The translations under genes and the position numbers were made by a program. 64,000 nt of DNA, from contig NC_047017.1 of assembly GCF_902652985.1 (NCBI RefSeq), positions 16,058,001 to 16,122,000 of the forward strand, written 5' to 3'. Below, one piece after another: positions 26,387-42,533 of this stretch (position 1 is its first letter; each line of letters opens with the position of its first letter). This stretch comes from Pecten maximus. Its lineage: Eukaryota. Below the pieces are notes generated by a model. That model saw only the letters and a list, made by a program, of their open reading frames with translations. It made no database searches and was not told the DNA's origin.

Positions 26387-29300
26387 GTTACGTTGTCCTG
26401 TTTTCTTGAAACAACGAGCCTTGTACAGCATTTAGAATGATAATTTGTGTTGACTTTACCTTATTTTGCACGCTTGGAACACGTTTACATAATGTCCGAA
26501 TATGTGTTCAATAACCATACGTACATAACCATAGTCCATTGGGCAAAGCAATAACAACTGTATATTTATATATAAATGTATTTTACCTACACATAACGTC
26601 ATGAAAACATCATCCATTGTCGCAATGATCATCCCAAAACGTCCTGTTACGGTAACACGACTTAAATACAAGGTTGATCTCAGGTTTTTGGTCTTGATTT
26701 CTTTCTTTTACAGCCCTTCCCACAGGAAAGGAGTTATAAAAGTTCAAGTAAAGTCGAATTGAATTTAATATGAATGAATCTTTCATCTGGACCGGGTTTA
26801 ACATAGCACGACATGTGTTCTAGAGTTAAATTAAAAGTTGAAATTATAACGATTATCATTATACTCAGATAGGGATTGATTGATGGGGATTAACGTCCTT
26901 GTTCCGGTTATAGCCGAGCCTAGGACACTCTCTCAGATAGGGGTCAGAGTTCAGAAGCTTAACTACCAGGGAACTGTGTTCATGTGACAACCCATTCAAG
27001 CCAGGAAAACCACACTTGGTCTCGTTTGGAGACGTTAATCCCACTATTTAGCAGCCTTGATATATAAGGCAAAACATTCGTGACAGCGTTGGTGTGCAAA
27101 CTGATTATTTAAAAATACATTAATTTACTGATTTCATTGAAGATCAGACAAAGGGTACATATATAATATCAAAATATGTACATTTGAAAATTAGATTTCT
27201 GTGTCTATCTGCGTTCAGAAAGCTGTGCTTCATTATATTCAATAACATTCTTAAGCATGCGTATAGTAACGTTCACCTAACGTTTGAAAGCAAACGATTT
27301 CCTTAAAAGTATTGATTCATTTCTGCATCTTACCAACTGTCATGTAGCGAGGAAAATTCCAATAGTGAATTTTGTGCTCTATCCGCATGTATAACTCCGG
27401 ACCTATTCTTTTGGTTAATGTTTTATAATTCATTTTAAGATTAACAGTAACAAATATGTAAATCAGACTTCACCCTGGATTCCGGTTATAAGTAGTCCTT
27501 TATAGGAATGGCACCAAAGGGAGGATGGTGGGTTAGATCCGACCCCAGAAAAAAATTAAATTTTACTATGCCCAAATTTTAAATCATATTTAAATGAGCA
27601 ATTTAAATATGTAAATGAGATATTATCTCCAATTTTCACTATTCGCTGATTCACTACATGTACGTTTAACAATAGATGATATAGGCGGTTATTTTACTTT
27701 TCTTAATTAAGAAAGTATAAGATTATTTTTTCTACAAGTTTCATGCAATTTGTGCCGAAATACACACACACATTTGAAAAAAAAAGTTTTTCTCGTTGTG
27801 TATAATTGTTATAATGGAATGAGTTAAATTATAATTCTATGTTGTATTGTGTTTCGGCATATTATCGTGGTAACATATCTTATATAAGATAATACATTTT
27901 AAGGGATAGGAGATCTAACAATGCTATATAGTTTACATTCAGCACGTATCTGAATATAGCTGTTAGATTGTCTGACATGAGTAAAAGAGCTTTCAGATAC
28001 CCCTTTTCCTCGTGGAATCAATTGAAATCTACTTTTACCTGAAATGGTTTTACATGTACGTCTAACTGCAAAAAAAGCAAATACGTGTACTTGCGAGATA
28101 TTTAAAAATATAATCTGTTTAGTTTAGTAAAAAGATAATCTGAATTGTATGAAATAAATATGTATTGTAAAAGGGAATGGTAGTAGAGATAAACAGAAGA
28201 AAATTAGGAGAATTTAGAAAATAATTTGCTCTATTTTGAAGGTACAATACCAAATAGACTGATTGATCAAGAAAAAAGAGAAAGAGGACGCCAAACCGGA
28301 ATCAAGTTAATAATAATTTAGTAGAGTAAAGTTACAAAAAAATATTATTGAATTATTCTATTTTTTTCTTTTAATTTAAGTTTCCTATGTTTAGGACTTA
28401 CCGTTTTTGTATCAAAGTTCATTTTAAACTTATCGAAACACTTTTAAGTCTATATTAGTATATATATCTGGCATCTGTTTTATTTGACAACTAATTTTGA
28501 AATTATTTGGATTTATTTTCATTTTCCATATTTTGTGTAAACCGCTGGATATCAAAACAAAATTTTGTGTGCTATTTAGAATTTACTTGCAACCTCTCAT
28601 ATATACATAATATTATATCTTGCAAATTTTGCAGGCGCGGATCCAGGAATTTGAAAAGGGGGTGGGGGGTGGGGGGTTGGGTTCCAGAAATTTAGTGGTA
28701 ATGCGAGCGCCATAGGCGCGAGCCGAATTTTTTTTTTTTGGAGAGTGGTCTGGGGGCCAAAATTTCCCAAACTATGTCCTATACCTTGTACTTATGTACA
28801 ACAGAGACGAACAATTCCTTCATGACTGAGATACCTTGGAATTGATATTTTAGTTTAGAATTAGATGTATTCTACGTTCGTTTTGATTATGTGATATTTA
28901 AAAGATATGTTTAATCTTTTTATGTCCATATTAAACCCATGAAGGAGCGAGAAAAGAATATGACTGCTGCCGTAAGAGGCGACATATTGTGGGGTCACTG
29001 CTGGGTCGGCGATGCTTTTTCCAACATCTTCTCCTGGGGATAATTGAGAGTCCTAGAAAAAGGCTAGCTTTATCATCTCATTGCATGTTGATAGTAGAAG
29101 ACAACTAAAAGTGTCATTTAAATGTCATTTATGATTTATATTGACGTTAACAAACAACACATTTTTTTTCATTTTTTTTTATTAAAACATAATAACAAAA
29201 TGTATATAAAATGTAAAAATTATCATCACAGAGCACAAAATATAAAACAATTCATTTTTTATGAAAATATAAAATACCCTAACTATGTGAAACCGTTAGG

Positions 29301-29839
29301 ATCACAAACAAATTGTTTGTTGCTAGGTACAACGATGGTAATTTGGAAGCGAAGACTATTTGTAGTAGTTGGTGGCTACCTCACTGAAAAGAACTTACTG
29401 GTGCCTGTTGGATGCTATCCAGAGCATTGGGGTAAAGTGTCTTAACCGTGAACACGACAACAAGACGATGCAATATCTTAGCCTCCATATGAAAATACAA
29501 AATAACCACTGTTCTTCACTGAGAGATCTTTAAGATCTCATGCAAAATGTTAAAATCGTGAAGATGCTTAATGATCATCCATTTTAGAAAGTATCTTAAG
29601 AAACACATAAATAAATAAACATATTAACGGCGAAGGATCGTTAGCCTATTGTTCACATTGTACATATCGGACACTTCATAAGCATTGAATATGGCAATCC
29701 TCAAGCCAGACGTCAAAACTCGTGTGCCACTCTACGACCTCATTATCAGCAGATGAGAATTTACACAGCAGTATGGTATCTTCAACTTGGCTTGAATGTC
29801 CTTGTTAACCGTAAGGAAAGGTCTTTAAATGGAGATGTG

Positions 29840-31430
<1,591 letters not shown>

Positions 31431-31496
31431 TTTGTTTCTTTTATATATGATATTTCTCAGTTACAATACTGCTATCGCGTGTTAGTCTTTTATATT

Positions 31497-31662
31497 TGTG
31501 TGCGGTCGTTGTAAATGTTCCATGTTTTATAGTGTTTCGGTTCCACGTATTTCACAAAGCCTGTACAGGGGTATGCAACACCCGACCTGTCAGCACAGCC
31601 ATACAGTCAATACCAGCGTGGAGAAAATTGCGTCACAGGTAGCTTTCATTCGGAATACCCGC
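31497..31662 (-). promoter_or_regulatory. Conserved ARF promoter block (A1)
   Basis: Inverted homolog of 32969-33126. TATAAAA (rc 31525-31531), AACCGAAAC (rc 31534-31542), TGACGCA (rc 31629-31635). Confidence 0.7.
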
Positions 31663-32896
31663 TTCGAACCAATGATAATGATAAAGTCCGAGAACCGTCG
31701 AGTGTGTCTATTTTTAGTCTAATGGTTGGGATTACCCTCGAATTGTCGTATCTACTGGATTGTCGCATCAAATGCGGTTTGTTTGTTATTTGTTTGTTGA
31801 TTTTTTCTGGGGGTTTTGGGGCGGAGGGAGGGGAGGGGGTGTTCTTTTTTCGCCATTTTTATCTTCTTGTAAAAAAAGACAATATAACTGGTAATAGGGT
31901 ATATGACACATTCTGGAATATATTTTGGGTTTACTTTTGGTACTTTCACCAACTGTCATAATTTATAAATTCGTCTTCCTTTATTTTGCTGACACGTCGA
32001 AAACGTTTTCCTACGTTGGCACAAACTCAGATGAAATACATGTACCTGAATTATTGTTTCACGAATTACTTTTTTATCTTCATTTAGTTCTTTGCTGAAA
32101 TGCATACACTTCAGTAAAAAATAATTTAAAAAAAAATTATTTGTGAATAAAATTGGATTTTTGGGACCAAATTACCATTTCCATACGTTTAGGTCGGGAC
32201 GAATATTCCCTATATTTCTAATGAGAGTTAATGATAATAACTAATACACAATCTCCGGTAGTTCTGGTAAAATATACAGTCTTTGATTTGTAAGACGACT
32301 GTTATATCTGGTATATTCTATAGCTTAAAAGACAAAATCAATACACCTCTAGTTTAATCTCACCATTAATTAGCTTTTGAGGTAAAATACAAGAATATTT
32401 ATAGTGGTTTAGATATTGAGGAGCAATACAGAACATTCCTAAGTTATCATGTACCGGGGTGAAATACCTGTACAATTTTATTAATCTTCGAAAATCATAA
32501 GCAAGCCATTTGTTTATTGTATATATATAGAGAGAGAAATTTGTGACGTTATCTTCGTTTCCAGCACTGTCTGGCCCTTCGATGTTTTTTTCTACAATTC
32601 ATAATAGCACTAGATTTAAAAATAAAACAGCCAAGGAAAATACGAAAACACCTTTTATCAGAAGTATTGATTTATGTATGTATCTAGGCTATATATAACG
32701 ATTAACGGGTTTCACGTCCGATAAATCACGGCCTTAAAACCTTTTAGCTGAAAAGATCATAAATGTAGGAAAGGTATACGCATATACTCAATCAGAGGTT
32801 TCAAAAGTATCAACAAGATATTAAAGTTATTTACGTGCATAAATGTATAAGCGTGGCCATATTTCAACTGGGTCGTAGGCAAGGTAAACAAACTTA

Positions 32897-33126
32897 GGGA
32901 ATCCCCAGCGTAAGATTAAAAATAGAAGCTATCGAAGTGTATCGGACTTTATCCACATTGTTGTACTAGTGGGTGTTCCGAATAGCGTGACGCATTTTTC
33001 TCCACGTTGGTATTGAACATATGGCTAGAGTGACAGGTCGGGTGTTGCATACCCATGTACAGGCTTCGTGAAATACGTGGAACCGAAACACTATAAAACC
33101 TGAAACATTTACAACGATTGCACACA
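32897..33126 (+). promoter_or_regulatory. ARF B1 promoter: kB site, CRE-like, IRF-type motif, TATA
   Basis: GGGAATCCCC 32897-32906; TGACGCA 32988-32994; AACCGAAAC 33081-33089; TATAAAA 33092-33098. Repeated for B2 at 38750-38960. Confidence 0.65.
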
Positions 33127-33198
33127 TATCTAACGGATCAGCACGCGATCTAGCCTTGTATTATTTAAAAGCAGAGGAATATTTAACAGAGAACAAAA

Positions 33199-34098
33199 AT
33201 GGGTTTGTTATTGGCTAAACTCGCTGATGTGATGCAAAGTTTCTCAAGTGGAACCACCACCCGGATTCTGATGCTGGGATTAGATGCGGCAGGTAAATAT
33301 TTTTTCATTAAAAATTGATCAATTTTAATTGTAAAATTATGATAATATATGTCATTCCTAATTAACTCCTAAGTCTGACTCTTAGCATTCCTTTACAAAA
33401 TCACTACAAGTACTTATTATTAAGTTGTATTCTTAAGTTTTTTATCATAAAAGATTTCTTTTTCCGTAAACTATATTTCAAATGTTTTATGTTAATTTCT
33501 ACAGGAAAAACTACGGTCCTGTACAAGATCAAATTAAACGAGAATGTATGTACCATCCCGACGATCGGATTTAACGTAGAGGAGGTGTCCCCGTGTAAGG
33601 GTGTATCCTTCACTGTGTGGGACGTCGGCGGTCAGGAGAAAATCCGGGCTCTCTGGAGACACTATTTCCAAAACACGGAAGGTAAGCTGTCTTTATGGTA
33701 TATATATGGAGCAGAGAATATAGATTTTTTTGTTTGATTGATTTTTGTTTTTGTTTTTTTTTATTATTATTATTTTGATATAATTTTAGCTTCAATATGA
33801 CTTGATCTCAACGGTAAGAATTGCTTACCGACCTATTTGTTCTTTTGTTTTTAGTACTTTCTTTAAAGAAGTATTAGATCAATATTTTTGGTATTGATTA
33901 TGATATATAGGCCAGTCATTTTACACTTTGATGAAATGAGACCTTTCAGACTGAAACATTTTTTTCTAAGTCTGATACAAATTCTATTATCTATTTCATC
34001 ATGCATGATCTACACATTCTATTATTGGGTACATATTTTGAAACCTGATGAAATTAGATTCGCTATTGATTTCTTTATTATCTATTATCTTATCTCCT
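33199..34098 (+). pseudogene. ARF-family GTPase, type B copy 1 (3'-truncated by the duplication breakpoint)
   Basis: Exons 33199-33292 and 33505-33681 match B2. Intron 2 stops at 34098, a few nt before the normal acceptor. Exons 3-4 are absent. Confidence 0.9.
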
Positions 34099-35008
34099 AG
34101 TTTTTTTTTTTTTCAAAACCTCAAAAATTGCTCTCCCGTAAGAGGCGACATAATTGTGGGGTCACTGCTGGGTCGGCGATGCTTTTTCCAACATCTTCTC
34201 CTGGGGATAATTGAGAGTCCTAGAAAAAAGGCTAGCTTTATCATCTCATTGCATGTTGATAGTAGAAGACAACTAAAAGTGTCATTTAAATGTCATTTAT
34301 GATTTATATTGACGTTAACAAACAACACATTTTTTCATTTTTTTTTTCATTAAAACATAATAAAAAAATGTATATAAAATGTAAACATTATCATCACAGA
34401 GCACAAAATATAAAACAATTCATTTTTTTATGAAAATATAAAATATCCTAACTATTTGAAACCATTAGGATCACAAACAAATTGTTTGTTGCTAGGTACA
34501 ACCACGGTAATTTGGAAGCGGATACTATTTGTAGTAGTTGGTGGCTACCTCACTGAAAAGAACTTACTGGTGCCTTTTGGATGCTATCCAGAGCATTGGG
34601 GTAAAGTGTCTTAACCATGAACACGATAACAAGACGATGCAATATCTTAGCCTCCATATGAAAATACAAAATAACCACTGTTCTTCACTGAGAGATCTTT
34701 AAGATCTCATGCAAAATGTTAAAATCGTGAAGATGCTTAATGATCATCCATTTTAGAAAGTATCTTAAGAAACACATAAATAAATAAACATATTAACGGC
34801 GAAGGATCGTTAGCCTATTGTTCACATTGTACATATCGGACACTTCATAAGCATTGGATATGCCAATCCTCAAGCCAGACGTCAAAACTCGTGTGCCACT
34901 CTATGACCTCATTATCAGCAGATGAGAATTTACATAGCAGTATGGTATCGTCAAGTTGGATTGAATGTCCTTGTTAACCGTAAGGAAAGGTCTTTAAATG
35001 GACATATG

Positions 35009-36843
<1,835 letters not shown>

Positions 36844-37663
36844 TTTGTTTCTTTTATATATGATATTTCTCAGTTACAATATTGATATCGTGTATATTTG
36901 TGTGCGGTCGTTCTAGATGTTACAGGTTTTATAGCGTTTCGGTTCCACGTATTTCACAAAGCCTGTACAGGGGTATGCAACACGTGCACCCGACCTGTCA
37001 GTACAGCCATACAGTCAATACCAGCGTGGAGAAAATTGCGTCACATGTAGCTTTCATTCGGAATACCCGCTTCGAACCAATGATAATGATAAAGTCCGAG
37101 AACCGTCGAGTGTGTCTATTTTTAGTCTAATGGTTGGGATTACCCTCGTCGTGTATGAGTAATATCTACTGGATTGTCGCATCAAATGCGGTTTGTTTGT
37201 TATTTGTTTGTTGATTTTTTCTGGAGTTTTTGGGGCGGAGGGAGGGGAGGGGCGTGTTCTTTTTTCGCCATTTTTATATTCTTGTAAAAAAAAGACAATA
37301 TAACTGGTAATGGGGCATATGACACATTCTGGAATATATTTTGGGTTTACTTTTGGTACTTTCACCAACTGTCATAATTTATAAATTCGTCTTCCTTTAT
37401 TTTGCTGACACGTCGAAAACGTTTTCCTACGTTGGCACAAACTCAGATGAAATACATGTACCTGAATTATTGTTTCACAAATTACTTTTTTATCTTCACT
37501 TAGTTCTTTGCTGAAATGCATACACTTCAGTAAAAAATAATTTTAAAAAAAATAATTTGTGATAAAATTGAATTTTTGGGACCAAAGGATATATATTATT
37601 ACCATTTCCATACGACTAGGTCGGGACGAATATTTCCTATATTTCTAATGCGAGTTAATGATA

Positions 37664-38085
37664 AATAGAGGATATCTAACAGTGTCTTCAGTAATACCAA
37701 ATATATTTCACTCGGGAGGCTAATATTTTGATATTTTTCACTCGTGCTGCGCACTCGTGAAAAATATCAAAATATTAGCCCCCCTCGTGAAATATATTTG
37801 GTATTACTGAAGACACTGTTAGATATTCTGTTTATTACATTTTTTATCAACGAAAAACCTACCCCGTATGCTAACTAGGCCTAATTAAATAGTTTCCCCT
37901 GTCCAGGTGCTGACATATATGTCAGGCTTTCTGATTGGTCAATTATTTTGGTATTTTCTAATCATTAATTTGATTGGTCAAATCAGCAAAAGTGATATTT
38001 TTCATATGATATTTTTCACTAGTGAAAAAATATCACTTTTATAGAATGAATAATTCTTGATATTTCACTGGTAAAAATGTAATAA
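37664..38085. mobile_element. 422-bp palindromic non-autonomous insertion (possibly tyrosine-recombinase/Crypton type)
   Basis: Absent from the paralogous site (gttaatgataataactaat at about 32226-32244). ATAA at both boundaries. ~85-bp-arm hairpin 37662-37835. Right end aaaaatgtaataa is complementary to 37832-37844. Confidence 0.8.
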
Positions 38086-39060
38086 TAACTAATACACAAT
38101 CTCCGGTAGTTCTGGTAAAATATACAGTCTTTGATTTGTTAGACGACTGTTATATCTGGTATATTCTATAGCTTAAAAGACAAAATCAATACACCTCTAG
38201 TTTAATCTCACCATTAAGATAGCTTTTGAGGTAAAATACAAAAATATTTATAGTGGTTTAGATATTGAGGAGTAATACAGAACATTCCTAAGTTATCATG
38301 TACCGCGGTGAAATGCCTGTACAATTTTATTAATCTTCGAAAATCATAAGCAAGCCATTTGTTTATTGTATACATAAAGAGAGAGAGATTTGTGACATTA
38401 TCTTCGTTTCCAGCACTGTCCGGCCCTTCGATGTTTTTTTCTACAATTCATAATAGCACTAGATTTAGAAATAAAACAGCCAAGGAAAATACGAAAACAC
38501 CTTTTATCAGAAGTATTGATTTATGTATGTATGTATCTAGGCTATATATAACGATTAACGGGTTTCACGTCCGATAAATTACGGCCTTAAAACCTTTCAG
38601 CTATAAAGATTATAGATGTAGGAAAGGTATACGCATATACTCAATCAGCGGTTTCAAAAGTATCAACAAGATATTAAAGTTATTTACGTGCATAAATGTA
38701 TAAGCGTGGCCATATTTCAACTGGGTCGTAGGCAAGGTAAACAAACTTAGGGAATCCCCAGCGTAATATTAAAAATAGAAGCTATCGAAGTGTATCGGAC
38801 TTTATCCACATTGTTGTACTAGTGGGTGTTCCGAATAGAAGCTATAGCGTGACGCATTTTTCTCCACGTTGGTATTGAACATATGGCTAGAGTGACAGGT
38901 CGGGTGTTGCATACCCATGTACAGGCTTCGTGAAATACGTGGAACCGAAACACTATAAAACCTGAAACATTTACAACGATTGCACACATATCTAACGGAT
39001 CAGCACGCGATCTAACCTTGTATTATTTAAAAGCAGAGGAATATTTAACAGAGAACAAAA

Positions 39061-40490
39061 ATGGGTTTGTTATTGGCTAAACTCGCTGATGTGATGCAAA
39101 GTTTCTCAAGTGGAACCACCACCCGGATTCTGATGCTGGGATTAGATGCGGCAGGTAAATATTTTTTCATTGAAAATTGATCAATTTTAATTGTAAAATT
39201 ATGATAATACATGTATATGTCATTCCTAACTAACTCCTAAGTCTGACTCTTAGCATTCCTTTACAAAATCACTACAAGTACTTATTATTAAGTTGTTTTC
39301 TTAAGTTTTTATCATAAAAGATTTCTTTTTCCGTAAATTATATTTCAAATGTTTTATGTTAATTTCTACAGGAAAAACTACGGTCCTGTACAAGATCAAA
39401 TTAAACGAGAATGTATGTACCATCCCGACGATCGGATTTAACGTAGAGGAGGTGTCCCCGTGTAAGGGTGTATCCTTCACTGTGTGGGACGTCGGCGGTC
39501 AGGAGAAAATCCGGGCTCTCTGGAGACACTATTTCCAAAACACGGAAGGTAAGCTGTCTTTATGGTATATCTATGGAGCAGAGAATATAGATTTTTTTGT
39601 TTGATTGATTTTTGTTTTTGTTTTTTTTTTATTATCATTATTTTGATATAATTTTAGCTTCAATATTACTTGATCTCAACGGTAAGAATTGCTTACCGAC
39701 CTATTTGTTCTTTTGTTTTTAGTGCTTTCTTTAAAGAAGTATTAGATCAATATTTTTGGTATTGATAATGATATATAGGCCAGTCATTTTACACTTTGAT
39801 GAAATGAGACCTTTCAGACTGAAACATTTTTTTCTAAGTCTGATACAAATTCTATTATCTATTTCATCATGCATGATCTACACATTCTATTATTGGGTAC
39901 ATATTTTGAAACCTGATGAAATTAGATTCGCTATTGATTTCTTTATTATCTATTATCTTATCTCCCTTTACAGGTCTGGTGTATGTCGTGGACAGTAACG
40001 ACAGAGAAAGGGTCAATGAGGCCCGAGAGGAACTCTTCGGAATACTCGATAATGATGAGATGAGAGGTGTTCCAGTTGTAGTGCTTGCAAACAAACAGGA
40101 TCTCCCATGTAAGTTTAAATTGATAACAAAAGAGCCAGTTTTAGTTGGTATCTCGTTGATACCAATATATTAAAAAGCCAAAAAAAAAAAATCTTCAAAA
40201 TTCATTTCTCAAGTAGTTTCGTCATCCGGCATTCAAAATAAAAACAAATTCTATACTAACTGAAGAACTGTAGAAGGTATATGCATCATATGGCTTTGAA
40301 TTAACTATTGATATTTTTACTTATAGACGCCTTGAAAACGTCGGAAATAGCAGATAAGATGTGTCTGCCGAAACTTACCGGGCGGAAGTGGTTTGTTCAG
40401 GGAACATGCGCAATGACTGGCGATGGCATATACGAAGGCATGAAAGAAATGGCACGACTTGTGAAAGAAAACAAAAAGAACAACAGATGA
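39061..40490 (+). CDS. ARF-family small GTPase, type B copy 2 (intact, 189 aa)
   Basis: Exons 39061-39154, 39372-39548, 39974-40108, 40327-40490 (570 nt). MGLLLAKL..., [34 protein letters not shown] at 40961. Confidence 0.95.
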
Positions 40491-41035
40491 AACAGTCATG
40501 CTAATTATAACGTCCAGATTCTATAAATAATCAAATGGAGGTCTGTGACGAGTTTGCACACCGGAGCTTACATAATGGTATTCGGCGTACACATTCTCCT
40601 GATTGTAGTTCTCGTCACATCTCGAGAGATTCCGAGCCCACGTCATATTGATGAAGAATGCCAGAATCTAAGGGCATTCCGCATAAAACATGTATCGCTC
40701 ACGTGGAATACATTTCTTGATTTAATGACAGTATGAATGGAAACCAATGGAGACATGTGAGATAAATCCTTTCCGAGTTGTCTTATAGAATAGTTTACGA
40801 CATAACGACAAATTCAGTGGATCTAAGTTGTATACGAGTCGTATATCAAAGTGACGTTATGGATAAATGGCACTGTGATAACCTTTTATTGTACATTTTA
40901 ATGTTATTTTACTGTTTATATGTTATTTGTTTATCTTATATTTTAAACATGTCTTCTTTTAATAAATTTATAATGATAAAGTAATGGTTTGTTTTTTGGT
41001 ATTGTTTAGGGATATTCAAAGGCAATGTCCACGAT

Positions 41036-41650
41036 AATACGTCCTATCTGAGGACTGTTCTGCTAACCATGGAGACACGACCTACAATTTTATTACGTCC
41101 TATCCGAGAGACTGTTTTGGTATTCATGGTGACTCGACCTACAATTTTATTACGTTCTATCTGAAGGACTGTTTTGGTAATCATGGTGACACATTTGAAC
41201 CTTCAGTTTTAATACGTCTTATCTGAGTGACTGCTCTGGTTACCATGGAGACAATACCTACATTTTTACATTATGTAATACGCATTATCTGAAATAATGT
41301 TCTGGTAACCATGGAGACACGACATATGATTTTAATACGTCCTATCTGAGGACTGTACTGTTTACCATGGAGACATGACCTAGAGTTTATAAACATCCTA
41401 TCTGAGGACTGTTCTGGTAACCATGGAGACACGACCAACAGTTTATAAACGTCCTATCTGAGGACTGTTCTCTTTACCATGGAGACACGACCTACAGTTT
41501 ATAACCGTCCTATCTGAGGACTGTTCTGTTTACCATGGAGACACGACCTACAGTTTTACAATATGTTATACGTCCTATCTGAGGAACTGCTCTGGTTACC
41601 ATGGATACACGGCCTTCAGTTTTAATATGTCCTATATACAAGGGACTGTG
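41036..41650. repeat. ~57-bp degenerate minisatellite
   Basis: About 10 copies of cgtcctatctgaggactgttctggtaaccatggagacacgacctacagtttt. Confidence 0.88.
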
Positions 41651-42533
41651 CTCGTAGTTAATTGTAACGCATTCCCAAGTTTTATTATGAGCACAAAGAC
41701 ATCTTCTAAAGATCAAATGTTAATTATGTAACGATAAGTATTCACTGGTAATGCATGTACATAGGCTTTTTAACACTCGTGACCGGAAGTCTATATATAT
41801 ATATAGCTATAGCTCAGCCGGTCATCTATTTCATTAACATTTTTTAGTGACAACCGCTACAGGTCAATTGAAACACGATCCAGTTTTGATAACTCCTATC
41901 ATAGGAGGTAGTCTAGTATCCAGATAGCTAACAGCTCCATAATCTCTAATGTTGAAGACATAAATACCTATAGCATTTGAAATATATCAGGAAAGAGTTC
42001 AGAAATATTGATGGCGGTCGATGACGCATATTCATGTTATATTTGCCATAAATCGATAGATGGCTATTTGTATATTCTAATTTATTTTATTTTATATATG
42101 ACGTGTGATAAAAAGGTGCCATGTGTTTGTGATAAGTCTTTATTTTTGCTGCGGTTAATGAATACCACACCTCTTCTTTAGAAAACTGTAAATCAGAATT
42201 ACTGTAGAAGTCTCTGGATAGCTCTGACAATTGCCAAATGCCAAGCAAGCAATCAGGTAAGTTAGTAGGTAAGATTAAGTTAGTAAAGTAAGTAAGTAAG
42301 TAAGTAAGCAAGAGTAAGTTAGTAAAGTAAGTAAATAAGTTGTTGTAACATAGCTAACACAATAGTTTGCAAATTTATATATCTATATATATTTATGAAG
42401 AAACACCCGACAGAAGTGTTCATAATTTCATATTTTGATTTTAAATGTGTCACAGGAAAATAGGAACAGCAGTCTTAAATAACGCCTGCGTGACCGGCAC
42501 AACTGGTTCCAAATCAACCGTCTCGACCATAAA

